A stretch of DNA of 62,177 bases, counting the filler, from Chiloscyllium plagiosum (taxonomy: Eukaryota): assembly GCF_004010195.1 (NCBI RefSeq). It is 4 parts of one record of this genome, joined end to end, with 100 filler letters (N's around TTAATTAATTAA, not from the genome) between each part and the next. Parts side by side here need not be neighbours in the genome. Positions count along the whole stretch, not along the records: positions 19,205 to 38,466 come from NC_057714.1; positions 38,567 to 58,404 come from NC_057714.1; 2 more parts are not named here. One strand, written 5' to 3'. The notes under the pieces were generated by a model. That model saw nothing but the letters and a program-made list of their open reading frames with translations. It had not been told where the DNA came from and ran no database searches. Position 1 is the stretch's first letter. Each line of letters opens with the position of its first letter. Of the stretch, positions 37,366 through 50,389 are shown piece by piece. The position numbers and the translations under genes are program-made.

Positions 37366-39585
37366 CCTATCCTCGTACGACCTATTCTCCATTCCAGGCA
37401 GCATCCTTTATAAATCTCCTCTGCACCCTCTCCAAAGCTTCCACATCTTTCCTAAAGTGAGGCGACCAGAACTGCCCAGCTCTGCATCATAATTCCCTTT
37501 GCAGCCGACAACAGCCCTCCTCACTATCCACAACTCCACCTATCTTTGTATCGCCTGCAAATTTCCTGACCCACCCTTCGACTCCCTCTTCCAAGTCATT
37601 AATAAAGATTACAAACAGCAGACGATCCAGAACTGATCCCTGCGGAACTCCACTTGTAACTGGGCTCCAGGCTGAATATTTACCATCTACCACCACTCTC
37701 TGACTTCGACCGGTTAGCCAGTTCTCTATCCAACTGGCCAAACTTCCCACTATCCCATGCCTCCTGACTTTCCGCATAAGCCGACCATGGGGAACTTTAT
37801 CAAATGCCTTACTAAAATCCATGTACACTACATCCAGTGCTCTACCCTCATCCACATGATTGGTCGCCTCCTCAAAGAATTCAATAAGACTTGTAAGGCA
37901 AGACCTACCCCTCACAATCCATGCTGGCTGTCCCTAATCAAGCAGTGTCTTTCCAGATACTCATAAATCCTATCCCTCAATACCCTTTCCATTACTTTGC
38001 TTACCACCAAAGTAAGACTAACTGGCCTGTAATTCCCGGGGTTATCCCTATTCCCTTTTTTGAACAGGGGCACAACATTCGCCACTCTCCAGTCCCCTGA
38101 AACCACCCCCATTGACAGTGAAAACGAAAAGATCATTGCCAACGGTTCTGCAATTTCCTCTCTTGCTTCCCACATAATCCTAAGATATATCCCGTCAGGC
38201 CTGGGGGACTTGTCTATCTTCATGTTTTTCAAAATGTCCAACACATCTTCCTACCTAACAAGTATCTCCTCTAGCTTACTAATCCGTTTCATACTCTCCT
38301 CTTCAACAATATGGTCCCTCTCATTTGTAAATACTGAAGAAAAGTACTCATTCAAGACCTCTCCTATCTCTTCTGACTCAATACACAGTCTCCCACTACT
38401 GTCCTTGATCGGAACTACCCTCGTTCTCATCATTCTCATGTTTCTCACATATGCATAAAAGGCCTTNNNNNNNNNNNNNNNNNNNNNNNNNNNNNNNNNN
38501 NNNNNNNNNNTTAATTAATTAANNNNNNNNNNNNNNNNNNNNNNNNNNNNNNNNNNNNNNNNNNNNCCTACTCTTTCTTTGACCATTCTCTTATTCCTCA
38601 CATAAGTGTAAAATGCCTTTGTGTTCTCCCTAATCCGTTCTGCCAAGCCTTTCTCGTGCCCCCTCCTGGCTCTCCTCAGACCATTTTTAAGCTCCTTCTT
38701 TGCCTGCCTGTAATCCTGTAGAGCTGAGCTTGACCCTAGCTTCCTCCACCTTATGTAAGCAACCTTTTTCCTTTTGACGAGAAGCTCCACCGCTCTCGTC
38801 ATCCAAGGTTCCTTTATCTTACCCCTTCTTGCCTGTCTCAAAAGGACATATTTATTCATCACTCGAAACAACTGTTCCTTAAACAGTCTCCATATGTCTA
38901 TAGTGCCTTTACCATGGAACAATTGCTCCCANNNNNNNNNNNNNNNNNNNNNNNNNNNNNNNNNNNNNNNNNNNNNNNCTCTCCTTCTCCATAGCTATGT
39001 AGAATGTGAGGCAGTTGTGGTCACTATCACTAAAATGCTCTCACACCACAAGATCTGATACCTGCCCCGGTTCGTTTCCAAGCACCAAGTCTAGAATGGC
39101 CTCTCCCCTCGTCGGCCTATCAACATACTGAGTTAGGAAACTTTCCTGAACACATCTTACAAAAACAGCTCCATTCAAATCTTCTGCTCGAAGGAAGTTC
39201 CAATCAATATTGGGAAAGTTAAAGTCACCAATTACAACAACCCTATTACGTCCACACTTTTCCAAACTCTGCCGACCTATCTTTCTTCCTTCTCCCTGCA
39301 GCTATTGGGGGGCCTGTAGTAAACCCTTAATGAGGTGACTGCTCCCTTGCTGTTCCAAATTTCCACCCATACTGACTTGGTAGGAAGATCTTCCTCGACA
39401 ATTGATGCTTCTGTAGCTGTGATACCCTCTCTGATTAGTAGTGCTACACCCCCTCCTCTTTTTCCCCCCTCCCTAATCTTTTTAAATGCTCTAAACCCTG
39501 AAACATCCAGCAACCATTCCTGCCCCTGAGAAACCCGTGTCTCTGTTATGGCCACAACATCATAGCACCAGGTACTGATCCAGTA
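37366..39585 (-). mobile_element. CR1 ORF2 (APE endonuclease to RT), across two gaps
   Basis: AITET..VYYRPP..GDFNFPNIDW..PTRGEAILDLVL; NYRPVSLT; VVYMDFSKAFDKVPH; GVPQGSVL. Confidence 0.9.
38467..38566. other. Scaffold gap with synthetic TTAATTAATTAA linker
   Basis: 44 N + 12 nt + 44 N. Confidence 0.95.
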
Positions 39586-40512
39586 CCTGTTCTAGTTCAG
39601 GTAGTATCCTGGTAAATCTCCTCTGAACCTTCTCGAAAGCTTCCACATCCATCCTCTAATGAAGCAAACAGAACTGAACACAATATTCCAAGTGTGGTAC
39701 AACCAGGGCTATTGACCTTCAGCATAACATCACGGCTCTTAAACTCAATCCCCCTGCTAATGAAAGCTAACGCACTGTATGCCTTCTTAACAATCCTATC
39801 AACTTGTACAGCAACTTTGAGGGATCTATGGACATGAACCCCAAGATCCCTCTGTATCGCCACATTGCCAAGAATCCTGCCTTTAACCCTGTATTCTGCA
39901 TTCAAATTCGACCTTCCAAAATGAATCACATCACACTTTTCCAGATTGAACTCCATCTGCCACTTATCAGCCCAGCATTGTACCCTGTCAATGTCCCATT
40001 GCAATCTATAACAGTCCTCCACACTGTCCAACACTCCACCAATCTTTGTGACACCCAAACTTACTAAGCCATCCTTCCACTCCTTCTTCGAAATCATTTA
40101 TAAAAATCATGAAGGGCAGAGGTCCAAGAACACATCCCTGTAGAACACAACTGGTCATCGAACTCCAGGCTGAATACTGTCCATCCACTACCTCCCTCTG
40201 TCTTCTATGGGCCAGCCAATTCTGTATCCAGACAGCGAGATTTCCCTGTATCTCATGCTTCCATACTTTCTGAATGCGCTTACCATGGGAAACCTTATCA
40301 AATGCCTTGCTAAAATCCATGTAAACCATATCCACTGCTCTACCTTCGTCAATCTGTTTTGTCACATCCTCAAAGAATTCAATAAGGCTTATAAGGCATG
40401 ACCTGCCCTTCACAAAGCTGTGCTGACTATCTCTAATCAAACTACAATTTTCCAAGTAATCATAAATATTGTCTCCCAGAATCCCCTCCAATAATTTGCC
40501 CACCACCAACGT

Positions 40513-42182
40513 AAGAGCTGAAAAATGTGTTGCTGGGAAAGTGCAGCAGGTCAGGCAGCATGCAAGGAGCAGGAGAATCGACATTTCGGGCATAGGCCCT
40601 TCTTCAGGAATGAGGAAGGTGTGCCAAGCAGGCTAAGATAAAAGGTAGGGAGGAGGGACTTGGGGGAGGGGCGATGAGGCGCTCTTTCTCCAGGCGTCGT
40701 GTGGCCAGGGTCTGGCGATGCATGTCCTTGGCGGAGTGGGAGGGGGAGTTAAAGTGTTCAGCCACGGGGCGGTTGGGTTGGTTGGTGTGGGTGTCCCTGA
40801 AACGTTCCACAAGTAGGCGGCCTGTCTCCCCAATGTAGAGGAGACCACATCGGGTGCAGCAGATACAGTAAATGATGTGTGTGGAGGTGCAGGTGAATTT
40901 GCGACGGATATGGGAGGATCCATTTGGATCTTGGAGGGAGGTGAGGGGGGAGATGTGGGTGCAAGTTTTGCACTTCTTGCGGTTGCAGGGGAAGGTGCCG
41001 GGAGTGGAGGTTGGGTTGGTGGGGGGTGTGGACCTGACGAGGGAGTCGCGGAGGCAGTGGTCTCTCCAGAACGCTGATAGGGGTGGGGAGAGAAATGTAT
41101 CCCTGGTGGTGGGGTCTGTTTGGAGGTGGCGGAAATGACAGACGATGATACGGTGTATCCGGAGGTTGGTGGGGTGGAATGTGAGGACCAGTGGGATTGG
41201 AGGGGTCAGGTTCAAGGGCAGAGATGCGGGAAGTGGAGGAGATGCGGTGGAGAGCATCGTCGACCACGTCGGAGGGGAAATTGAGATCTTTGAAGAAGGA
41301 GGCCATTTGGGCTACTCGGTAGTGGAATTGGTCTTCCTGGGAGCAGATGCAGCGGAGGCGAAGGAATTGGGAATATGGGATGGCGTTTTTACATGGGGCA
41401 GGGTGAGAGGAGGTGTAATGTAGGCAGCTGTGGGAGTCGGTTGGTTTGTAGTAAATGTCTGTGTTGAGTCAGTTGCCCGAGATAGAAATGGAGAGGTCTA
41501 GGAAGGGGAGGGAGGAGTCTGAGACGGTCCAGGTAAATTTGAGGTCGGGGTGGAAGGTGTTAGTAAAGTGGATGAACTGTTCAACCTCCTCGTGGGAGCA
41601 CGAGGTAGCGCCAATACAATCATCTAGGTAGCGGAGGAAAAGGTGGGGGGTGGTGCCAGTGTAGATGCGGAAGATGGACTGTTCCACATATCCGACGAAG
41701 AGGCAGGCATAGCTGGGACCCATGCGGGTGCCAATGGCTACTCCTTTGGTTTGGAGGAAGTGGGAGGATTGGAAGGAGAAGTTGTTAAGAGTGAGGACCA
41801 GTTCAGTCAGTTGAAGGAGGGTGTCAGTGGAGGGGTACTGGTTGGTTCGGCGGGAGAAGAAGAAGCGGAGGGCTTGGAGGCCTTCGTGATGGTGGATGAA
41901 AGTGTATAGGGAATGGATGTCCATCATGAAGATAAGGCGTTGGGGGCCAAGGAAGCGAAAATCATGGAGGAGGTGGAGGGCATGAGTGGTGTCTTGAACG
42001 TAGGTGGGGAGTTCTTGGACTAAGGGGGGCAGGACAGTGTCGAGGTATGCAGAAATGAGTTTGGTGGGGCAGGAGCAGGCTGAGACAATGGGTCGGCCGG
42101 GGCAGTCGGGTTTGTGGATTTTGGGCAGGAGGTAGAAACGGGCGGTGCGGGGTTGTGGGACAATGAGGTTGGAGGCGGTGGA
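40513..42182 (-). mobile_element. PLE family A, comparatively young (RT, GIY-YIG, pLTR with hammerhead motif at ~40576-40611)
   Basis: MDIHSLYT..GVAIGTRMGPSYACLF..FLRYLDD; FTCTSTHIIYCICCTRCGLLYIGETGR; minus-strand CTGAAGA-A-GGGC/CTAT/GCCC-GAAATGTC. Confidence 0.9.
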
Positions 42183-42388
42183 TGGGAGATCCTCACTATC
42201 TCCTATATATCCCGTCTGGCCCAGGGGACTTGTCTATCCCTATGTTTTTCAAAGTTTTCAGCACATCCTCCTTCTTAACATCAAGGGAGCATATCAGCCG
42301 TATCATGCAGTCCTCAGAAAGGACAAGGTCCCTTTCACTGGTGAATACTGAAGCAAAGTATTCATTCAGGACCTCCCCTACCTCTTCC

Positions 42389-42838
42389 TGTAAACTCAAA
42401 AATTCTCAGACCACATGTAGTTACAAAAAAACACACTTTATTGTAATTAAGTCAGCGAGAGATCAATAGTCTATAATCCAGAGTATCAATCATAGATATT
42501 CATGAATATACTAATGATCACAAAAGGGTAGCATATTTTATAGCCCTTAAGTGCGTAACAATTTTGCATGTTTGAGTTACCACACAACGTAATGCTACGT
42601 TCTCGTAAGTAATAAGTAGATACGGCAAGCCAGTCAACAATGTTCTATTGATCAACCTAATCATAGTACTGGGAAGAAGCGTATACAGAAACATCTCCGA
42701 AGTTATGCAGAGACTCCTGCATTCTTGCAATTCATGTTCTCACAGTCACTGTGACTGCAGCTGCCATTTTGGACGTGTAAGGCAAATTATTATTGCAAAA
42801 TGGAGACATTTAACCAATGATTCCCAAATACTTTACCA
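42389..42838 (-). mobile_element. Probable solo LTR (450 bp)
   Basis: TGTAAA...TTTACCA ends; minus-strand gctataaaa (~42536-42544) with aataaa ~100 bp downstream; cleanly interrupts a CR1; TSD imperfect. Confidence 0.65.
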
Positions 42839-43679
42839 CGCCGACTCCAAGCACAAGTTTCCTGCACTATCCCTGATTGTCCCTACTCTCACTCTGGTCA
42901 TCCTGTTCCTCCTCACATAAGTGTAGAATGTCTTAAGGTTTTTTCTTAATCCTACGCGCTAAAGCTTTTTCATGCCCCCTTCTATCTCTCCTAAGTTCAT
43001 TCTTCAGTTCCTTTCTGGCCACCTTGCAACTCTCTAGAGGCCTGTCTGATCCTTGTCTCCTCAGCCTTATGTAGGCTTATTTCTTCCTCTTGACTAGAAG
43101 TTCTACATCCCTTGTCACCAAAGTTCCTTCACCCTACCTATCCAGCACTATCAGCAAGTGTCTCCTAAACAACCTCCACATTTCTGTCATGCATTTTCTG
43201 TTCCCAATTTAGGTGCTCCAGTTTCGGCCTAATTGCATTGTAATTTCCCCTCCCCCAATTAGATACTTTCCCATACTGTCTGCTCCTATCCCTCTCCATG
43301 ATTATGGTAAAGAGCAGAGAGTTTTGATCAGGATCATTGAAATGCTCTCTCATTATGATATCGGGCCTGGTTCATTGCCATGCACCAAATCCAGTATGAC
43401 AACCCTTCTAGTCAGCCTATCTACACATTGAGTCAAGAATACTTCCTGGACACACTAGACAAAATCTGCTCCATCCAAACTATTTGAACTAAGGAGGTTC
43501 CAATCAATAATAGGGAAGTTAAATCACCCATGACAACAGCCCTGTTACTTTTGCACCTTTCGAAAATCTGCCTCCCAATCTGTTCTTCCGTGACTCTGTT
43601 GCTATTGGGGGGTCTGTAGAAAACTCCCAATAAAGTGACTATCCATTTCCTGTTTCTGACTTCTACATGGAGATTAGGT

Positions 43680-44830
43680 AGAGGTCAGATTGGAAGATAG
43701 AGTGAGGCCAAGATAAAGATAAACCCCAAGATCATGTTACACAGATTGGAAGATAAAGTGAGGCAATCAAAAGTGCCTCAGCTCCGTCTCTGTCCAGGAG
43801 CTTAGGTCATTTCTGGGTCTGGTAAATTATTATGGAGAGTAACAATCTGGCATCCATCGTGGCACCATTTCATCAATATCTAAATGAGGGTCACCTTTAG
43901 AAATTGTCTCATAGACAGGTGTTAGCTTTTGATGAAGAAGGATTGGTAGTCATATTTGGAGTCAGAAAGTTCCACCAATACCTTTATGGCAAAAATTTAT
44001 GAGAATCATTAACCTCAAGCTCCTACTTAGTCTGCTTAAAGAGGATAAGGCAATGCCACCAACAGCTTCAGCATGTATTCAGCAGTGGGTTCTAATATTA
44101 AGTACTTATAAATACAAATCAGAACACCATCCGGGAGGCCAAGTAGCAAATGCAGATGCATTGAGCTGCCTTCCATTAGCATATATACTACCCACAGTAA
44201 GCCCAATAGGACAGGCTGTTATGATACTGATTTTTCTGGAGGGGCGAACAATATCAGACATTGGCCACAGAAAGATCCAATCCTTTCCAAACTGAAACAA
44301 TTGGCATTAATGGGGAAAACCAAAGGGTCATTGCAACTAGAATTAAAACCTTTTTGGACACAGAAAGACCAGCTCATGATTCTGAGCGGTATATTATTAT
44401 GGGGAGCGAGAATGATTGTCCTGAACAAGATTGTTGTTAAATACTGACTGAACTCCACCACTGCCAACCAGTGGTCTCCAAAATGAAGGCATTGGCAAGT
44501 AAATAAGTCTGATAGGAGAAAGTGAGGTCTGCAGATGCTGGAGATCAAAGCTGAAACTTTATTGCTGGAACAGCACAGCAGGTCAGGCAGCATCCAGGGA
44601 ACAGGAGATTCGACGTTTCGGGCACAGGCCCTTCTTGAAGAAGGGCCTGTGCCCGAAACGTCGAATCTCCTGTTCCCTGGATGCTGCCTGACCTGCTGTG
44701 CTGTTCCAGCAATAAAGTTTCAGCAATAAGTCTGATAACCAAGCTTGGAAGCAGATGTACCCATATTGGTAGGACAATGCCCACAGTGTCAATGAGGACT
44801 AAATTACCACCAACAACTTCCCAACATATC
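43680..44830 (+). mobile_element. Gypsy pol remnant, canonical RH-then-INT order
   Basis: IQQWVLILSTYKY...NADALSCLP, followed by an integrase zinc-finger remnant (ELHH..SKMKALA...CPQCQ). Confidence 0.7.
44515..44724. mobile_element. PLE family A perfect palindrome insertion (87-bp arms, 1-nt loop)
   Basis: Arms 44550-44636 / 44638-44724; 13-bp TSD aataagtctgata (44502-44514 / 44725-44737). Confidence 0.95.
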
Positions 44831-44836
44831 TGTGGG

Positions 44837-46683
44837 AACGACAATTGACTACAGAAAGAAAGAAGAACATGCCCCCATCTCCATCAATGGAGCGGAGATT
44901 GAAACGGTTGAGAATCTCAGATTCCTCAGAGTAACGATAACTAATAACATGTCCTGGACTTCCCATGTAGCTGTGACAGTCAAGGAGGCACAACAACACT
45001 TCTCCTTCCTCAGGTGCCTCAAGAAATTTGACATGTCCATAAGGACCTTCACCAACTTTTACAAATGCACCACAGAAAGCATACTGTCAAGGTGTCTAAC
45101 AGCCTGGTGCGGCAACTGCTCTGCTCAGGACCATAAAAAACTACAGAATGTTGTGTGCAGAGCTCAGAGATCAAGGAAGCCAACCTCCCGTCAAGAAGAA
45201 GACCATAAGAAATAGGAGTGGAAGTAAGGTCATTTGGCCCATTGTGTCCTCTCTGCCATTCAATCATGGCTGATGGGCATTTCAACGCCACTTACCCACC
45301 CTTTCCCCATATCCTTTAATTCCATGCGAGATTAAGAATTTATCAATCTCTGCCTTGAAGACATTTAACGTGCCGGCCTCCACTGTGCTCCGTGGCAGTG
45401 AATTCCACAATCCCACCACTCTCTGGCTGAAGAAATGTCTCCTCATTTCCATTTTAAATTGCCCCCCTCCAATTCTAAGGCTGTGCCCATGAGTCCTAGT
45501 ATCCCCACCTGATGGAAACAATTTCCCAGCATCCACCCTTTCTAAGCCATGCATTATATTGTAAGTTTCCATTATATCTCCCCTCAACCTTCTGAACTCT
45601 AACAAATACAATCCCAGGATCCTCAGCAATTCATTGTATGTTAGGTCTACCATTCCAGGGATCATCCTTGTGAATCTCCACTGGACACGCTCCAGTGCCA
45701 GTATGTCTTTCTTGAGGTGAGGGGCCCAAAACTGGACACAATATTCTAAATGGGGCCTAACGAGAGCTTTATAAAGTCTCAGTAGCACATCACTGCTTTT
45801 ACATTCCAACCCTCTTGAAATAAATGACAACATTACATTTGCTTTCTTAACCACGGTCTCAACCTGCGAGTCAACCTTTACAGAATCCTGGACTAGCACT
45901 CCCAGATCCCTTTGTACTTTGGCTTTATGAATTTTCTCACTGTTTATACAATAGTTCATACCTGTGTTCTTTTTTCCAAAGTGCAAGATCTCACATTTGC
46001 TCACATTGAATTTCATCAGCCATTCCTTGGACCATTCTCCTAAACTATCTAAATCTTTCTGTAGCCTCCCCACATCCTCAGAACTATCTGCCTGTCCACC
46101 TAACTTCATATCATCGGCGAACTGTGCCAGAATGCCCCTAGTCTCTTCATTCAGATCATTTATATATAAAGTGAACAGCTGGGGCCCCAACATTGAACCC
46201 TGCCATTCTGAAAAAGAACCTTTTATCCCAACTCTCTGCCTTCTGTCAGATAACCAATCCTCAATCCATGCCAGCAGCTCACCTCAAACACCTTACTCAG
46301 CAGCCTCCTGTGAGGCACCTTATCAAAGGCCTTTTGGAAGTCTAGGTAGATAACTTCCACTGTGTTTCCATGGTCTAACCTGGTTGTTACATCTTCAAAG
46401 AATTCTAATAGGTTTTTCAGGCACGACCTCCCCTTACCAAATCCATGGTGACTTGCTCTAATTCGACCCTGCACTTTCAAGACTTTAGAAATCTCATCCT
46501 TAATGATGGATTCTGGAATTTTACCTACAACTGATGTTAGGCTAATCGGTCTACGGACTCCATATACACATCTCAATGCCACAGAAAAGCTGTCAACATC
46601 ATCAAAGACCCATTCCACCCCAGTAATGCTCTCCTACATCCTCTTCAGGTAGAAGATATAGAAGCTTAAACACACACACCAGC
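44837..46683 (+). mobile_element. Rex1/L2-type LINE fragment split by a CR1
   Basis: VENLRFLRVTITNNMSW..EAQQHFSFLRCLKKF..FYKCTTESIL..WCGNCS; resumes at ~46550 (IIKDPFHP). Confidence 0.75.
45193..46548 (-). mobile_element. CR1 3' part with a 303-codon open RT C-terminal frame
   Basis: LGPQLFTLYINDL..FADDMKL..VRPHLEYCVQFW..RVVGLWNSLP. Confidence 0.95.
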
Positions 46684-46684
46684 A

Positions 46685-47275
46685 GGAATTGGAGGGTAGC
46701 TAATGTAAATCCACTATTTGAAAAAGGACATAGAGAATAAACAGTTAACTATAGACTGGTTTGCCTGTCCTTGGTAGAAGGGAAAATCCTGGAGACCATT
46801 ATGAAAGACTTAATAGCCAAGCACATGAAAAACAGTGACAGGACCTAAAACAGTAAGCAAAGTTTTATGAAAATGGGATCATGCATGACAAATCTACTGG
46901 AGTTTTTTAAGGTGTAACCAGTAGAGTTGCTAAGGGGGTTAGAGTGGATGGAGTTCACTTGGATTTTCAGATGACTTTCAATTAGGTCCCACATGAGAGA
47001 TCAGCATTTAAAATTAAACTGCAGGGGATTAGGGGTAACATACTGACATGAATAAAGAACTTGTTGGAAGATGGGAAACATGGAATAGGATAAATAGATC
47101 ATTTTCTGAGTGGCAGCTCATGACTACTGAGATATTGCAAAGAACAGTTCTTGTATGCCAGCTATTCACAATAATATATAAATGCTTTAAATGAGGAAAC
47201 TAAATGTAAAACCTCCAAGTTTGCAGACAACACAAAGCCAGGTGGGAAGGTGAACCGTGAGGAGGAAGCAGAGGT
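46685..47275 (+). mobile_element. CR1 RT fragment, old
   Basis: WRVANV.PLFEKG..NYRL; KFADNTK. Confidence 0.75.
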
Positions 47276-47279
47276 TGCT

Positions 47280-49160
47280 TTCATTACATTATTTTAAGGA
47301 AGACCCGAGGGGTTCTCCGTGGTGACCTAGCCTACAAATAACCCTCAGAGTCGAGAATGTGGTGCTGGAAAAGCACAGTCGGTCAGGCAGCATCCGAAGA
47401 GCAGGAAAATCGATGTTTCAAGGCTAAAGCCCTTCATCAGGAATGAGGCTTGTGTGCCAAGGGGGCAGAGAGATAAATAGGAGGCGGTGGGGCTGGAGAG
47501 AAGGTAGCTGAGAATGTGAGAGGTAGATGAAGTTAGGGGTGAAGGTGCTAGGTCGGGCAGTGAGAGGCCGCATGGGCCCCAGCTATGCCTGTCTCTTCAC
47601 CGGTATGTGGAATAGTCCATCTTCCACAGCTACACCAGCACCATTCCCCACGTTTTCCTCTGCTACATTGATGATTAGATCGGCATCAATGCGTGCTTCC
47701 ATGAGGAGGTTGAACAGTTCATCAATTTCACTAACACATTCCACCCTGACCTTAAGTTCACCTGGACTACATCAGGCACCACAGTCCTCTTCCTGGAGCT
47801 CTCCAATTCCATCAAAGGTGGCTGACTCAATACGGTCATCTTCTACAAACCCACCGACTCCCATAGCAACCTGGACTATACCTTCTCCCACCTTGCCTCC
47901 TGTAAAAATGCTATCCCTTATTCTCAATTCCTCCCTCTCTGCCACATCTGCTCCCAGGAGGATCAATTTCACCACAGGACACACTAGATGGCCTCCTTCT
48001 TCAAAGACTGCAATTTCCCCTCTCTTGTGGTCGATGATGCCATCCAGCGCATCTCATCCACTTGCCGCATCTTCACCCCTCCAACTGTAACAAGGACAGA
48101 AACCCCCTGGTCCTTAGTCCCTATCACCAGTGATATATTTCCCTCCCCACCCCTATCTGCACTCTGTAAAGACCATTCCCTCTGTGACTCCCTTGTCAGG
48201 TCCATGGCCTCCACCAACTCACCCTCCCCCACAGCACCTTCCCCTGCCACTGCAAGAATTGCAAAACCTGCACCCACACCTCCCCATCACGTTCGTTTAA
48301 GGCCGCAAAGGATCCTTCTACATCCATCAGAGATTTACCTGTACTTCCACACATGTAATTTACAGTATCCGTTGCTACCAATGTGGTCTCCTCTACATTG
48401 GGGAGACAGGACGACTACTTGCGGAACATTTCAGAGACCATCACCGGGAAGCATGCATGAAGCAACTCCACCACTCCATGGTCAAACACTGTAACTCCCT
48501 CTCCCACTCCCCCAATGACATGCAGGTCCTGGGTCTCCTCCATCACCAAACCCTTAACACTCGCCGCCAAGAGGAGGAACGTCTTGGGAGCCTCCAACTA
48601 CATGGGATCAATGTGGATTTCACTAGTTTCCTCATTTCCCTTCCCCCACCTTATCCCAGGTCCAACCTTGCAACTTGGCAATGCCCTTTTGACCTGTCCT
48701 AGCTGTCCATTTTCCTTCCCACCTATCCACTCCAGTCTCCTCTCAGACCTATTACCTTCACGCCCACCTTCATCTACCATCGCACTCTCAGCTACCTTCA
48801 CTCCAGCCCCACCCCACCCCTCCTATTTATCTCTCAGCCCTCTTAACCCACAAGCCTCATTCCTGATGGAGGGCTTTAGCCCGGAATTGTGGATTCTCCT
48901 GCTTCTTGGATGCGGCCTGACCAGCTGTGCTTTTCCAGACCACACTTTCAACTCTGATCTCCAGCATCTGCAGTCCTCACCTTCTCCTACAAAAATAACC
49001 CTCAGCCAAACTCATTGAAAAAGGTTATTTGGCCATTCTCTTATTACTGTTCGTGTAAATTGATAGCTGTGTTTCCAATGTTACAACATGAGACATATGA
49101 CTTCATTTCAAAAGTACTTCACTGATCAAGGTCGTGTAGACACAATAAAAATACAATTAT
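47280..49160 (+). mobile_element. Deu-domain SINE (SacSINE1/AmnSINE1-like) remnant split by a PLE
   Basis: gaggggttctccgtggtgacctagcc..aaccctcag | ..ttatttggccattctc..aaattgatagctgtgtttccaatgttacaac..tttcaaaagtacttc..aaggtcgtg resembles the Deu domain and tail as I recall them. Confidence 0.55.
47349..48986 (+). mobile_element. PLE family A with inverted pLTR at the 5' side
   Basis: Minus pLTR 47349-47565 (hammerhead motif at ~47408-47444), then MGPSYACLF..YKPTDSH..GIY-YIG..pLTR; TSD aaataaccctcag (47336-47348 / 48993-49005). Confidence 0.9.
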
Positions 49161-49424
49161 TTTTAGTCATTTGGAGACACATTTTATGAAACTTTTCATC
49201 TGCACTTATCAGGGCAAATCAAGGAAGGAATTGATATTTTTGCTGCATGGGAGGAGAGTGCTGGTTGATTGGCATTTGAACTCTGATTGGTAGAAGCATT
49301 ACCATGGAGTGACAGTTGATTAATGGTTAACCACAGACTTTGTTTACTGTTTAAACCAGGCAGGTTACATTCTGATTGGTCAAGGTAATGTCTTGAGAAA
49401 TGAACCAGAGAATGACTTTTTTTA

Positions 49425-49530
49425 TTTAACCTACTTTTCTAATTGACCTGTTCAGAGGTGTTTCCTCTCGAGCAGCTGGGACTTGAATCTGGGCCTCCCC
49501 ATCCAGGGGTAGTGACATTATCACTGCACC
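49425..49530 (-). mobile_element. Short tRNA-derived SINE remnant
   Basis: Minus strand ggtgcagtgataatg...agattcaagtccc (A/B-box-like). Confidence 0.45.
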
Positions 49531-50389
49531 TCAAAATCCCTCTGTATGTTAATGCTCCTTTAGGTTCTGCCGTTTATTATATAATTCACACTTTAATTTG
49601 ATCTTCCAAAATGCACCTAGTATTTGTCTCAATTATACGCTACCTGCAATTTCTCTGCCCAAATCTGCAATCTATATATATCCCACTATACCCTTTGACA
49701 ATCGCCTCCCTCTCTGCAACTCTCATGATTTTGGTGTCATCCATTATTAATGTCATTCATCATTAATAATCAGATCACCTGCATTTTCCTCCAGATCATT
49801 TATATATATTACATATATAGCACACCATGGATCCTATGAGACTCTACCAACCTACCATGAGATACATCATCAAATGTCTTATTAAAGTCTACATCTACTG
49901 CCCTTCCCTCAACAATCATTCTTATCATCTCCTCAAAAGTTGGTGAGAACTAACCTTCCCCGAACAAACCATTGCTACCTATCACCAATAAGTTCATTCG
50001 CTTCCAAATGTGAATAAACCCTGTCTCTCAGTATCTCCTCCAACAGCTTCTCCACCATTGATGTCAGACTCACCAGCTATAATTATCTTAAACGAAGAAA
50101 CAATATTGGCCACTCTCCAGTCCTCTGGAACTTCATGTGAGGCCAAAGGGGATGCAAAGATATCTAGTAAGGCCCCAGTTATTTCTTCCCTTGCCTCCCA
50201 CAGTATCCTTAATGCATTTCAAGATACCCAAAACTTCCTGCTTCATTGTGTTAACCCGCCCAAGAGTATTCACACACCTTTCCCTAACCTCAATATCCCT
50301 CAATGCTTCATGTGCCTCTCTTTAGTAAATACCGATGTAAAGTATTCATTAAGGATCTCACCCATTTTCTGTGTCTCCACCTTGAGTGG

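Larger units (their letters stand above)
39597..43665 (-). mobile_element. CR1 ORF2, interrupted by a PLE (40513-42182) and a solo LTR (42389-42838)
   Basis: RT motifs in 39597-40512; KSPGPDGIY at ~42200; endonuclease GVFYRPPNS at ~43600. Confidence 0.85.

Noticed and set aside
45282..46193. 303-aa RT ORF as a domesticated or functional gene
   Set aside because: It is only the C-terminal part of CR1 ORF2, with an upstream deletion and the normal CR1 tail; a young truncated copy.
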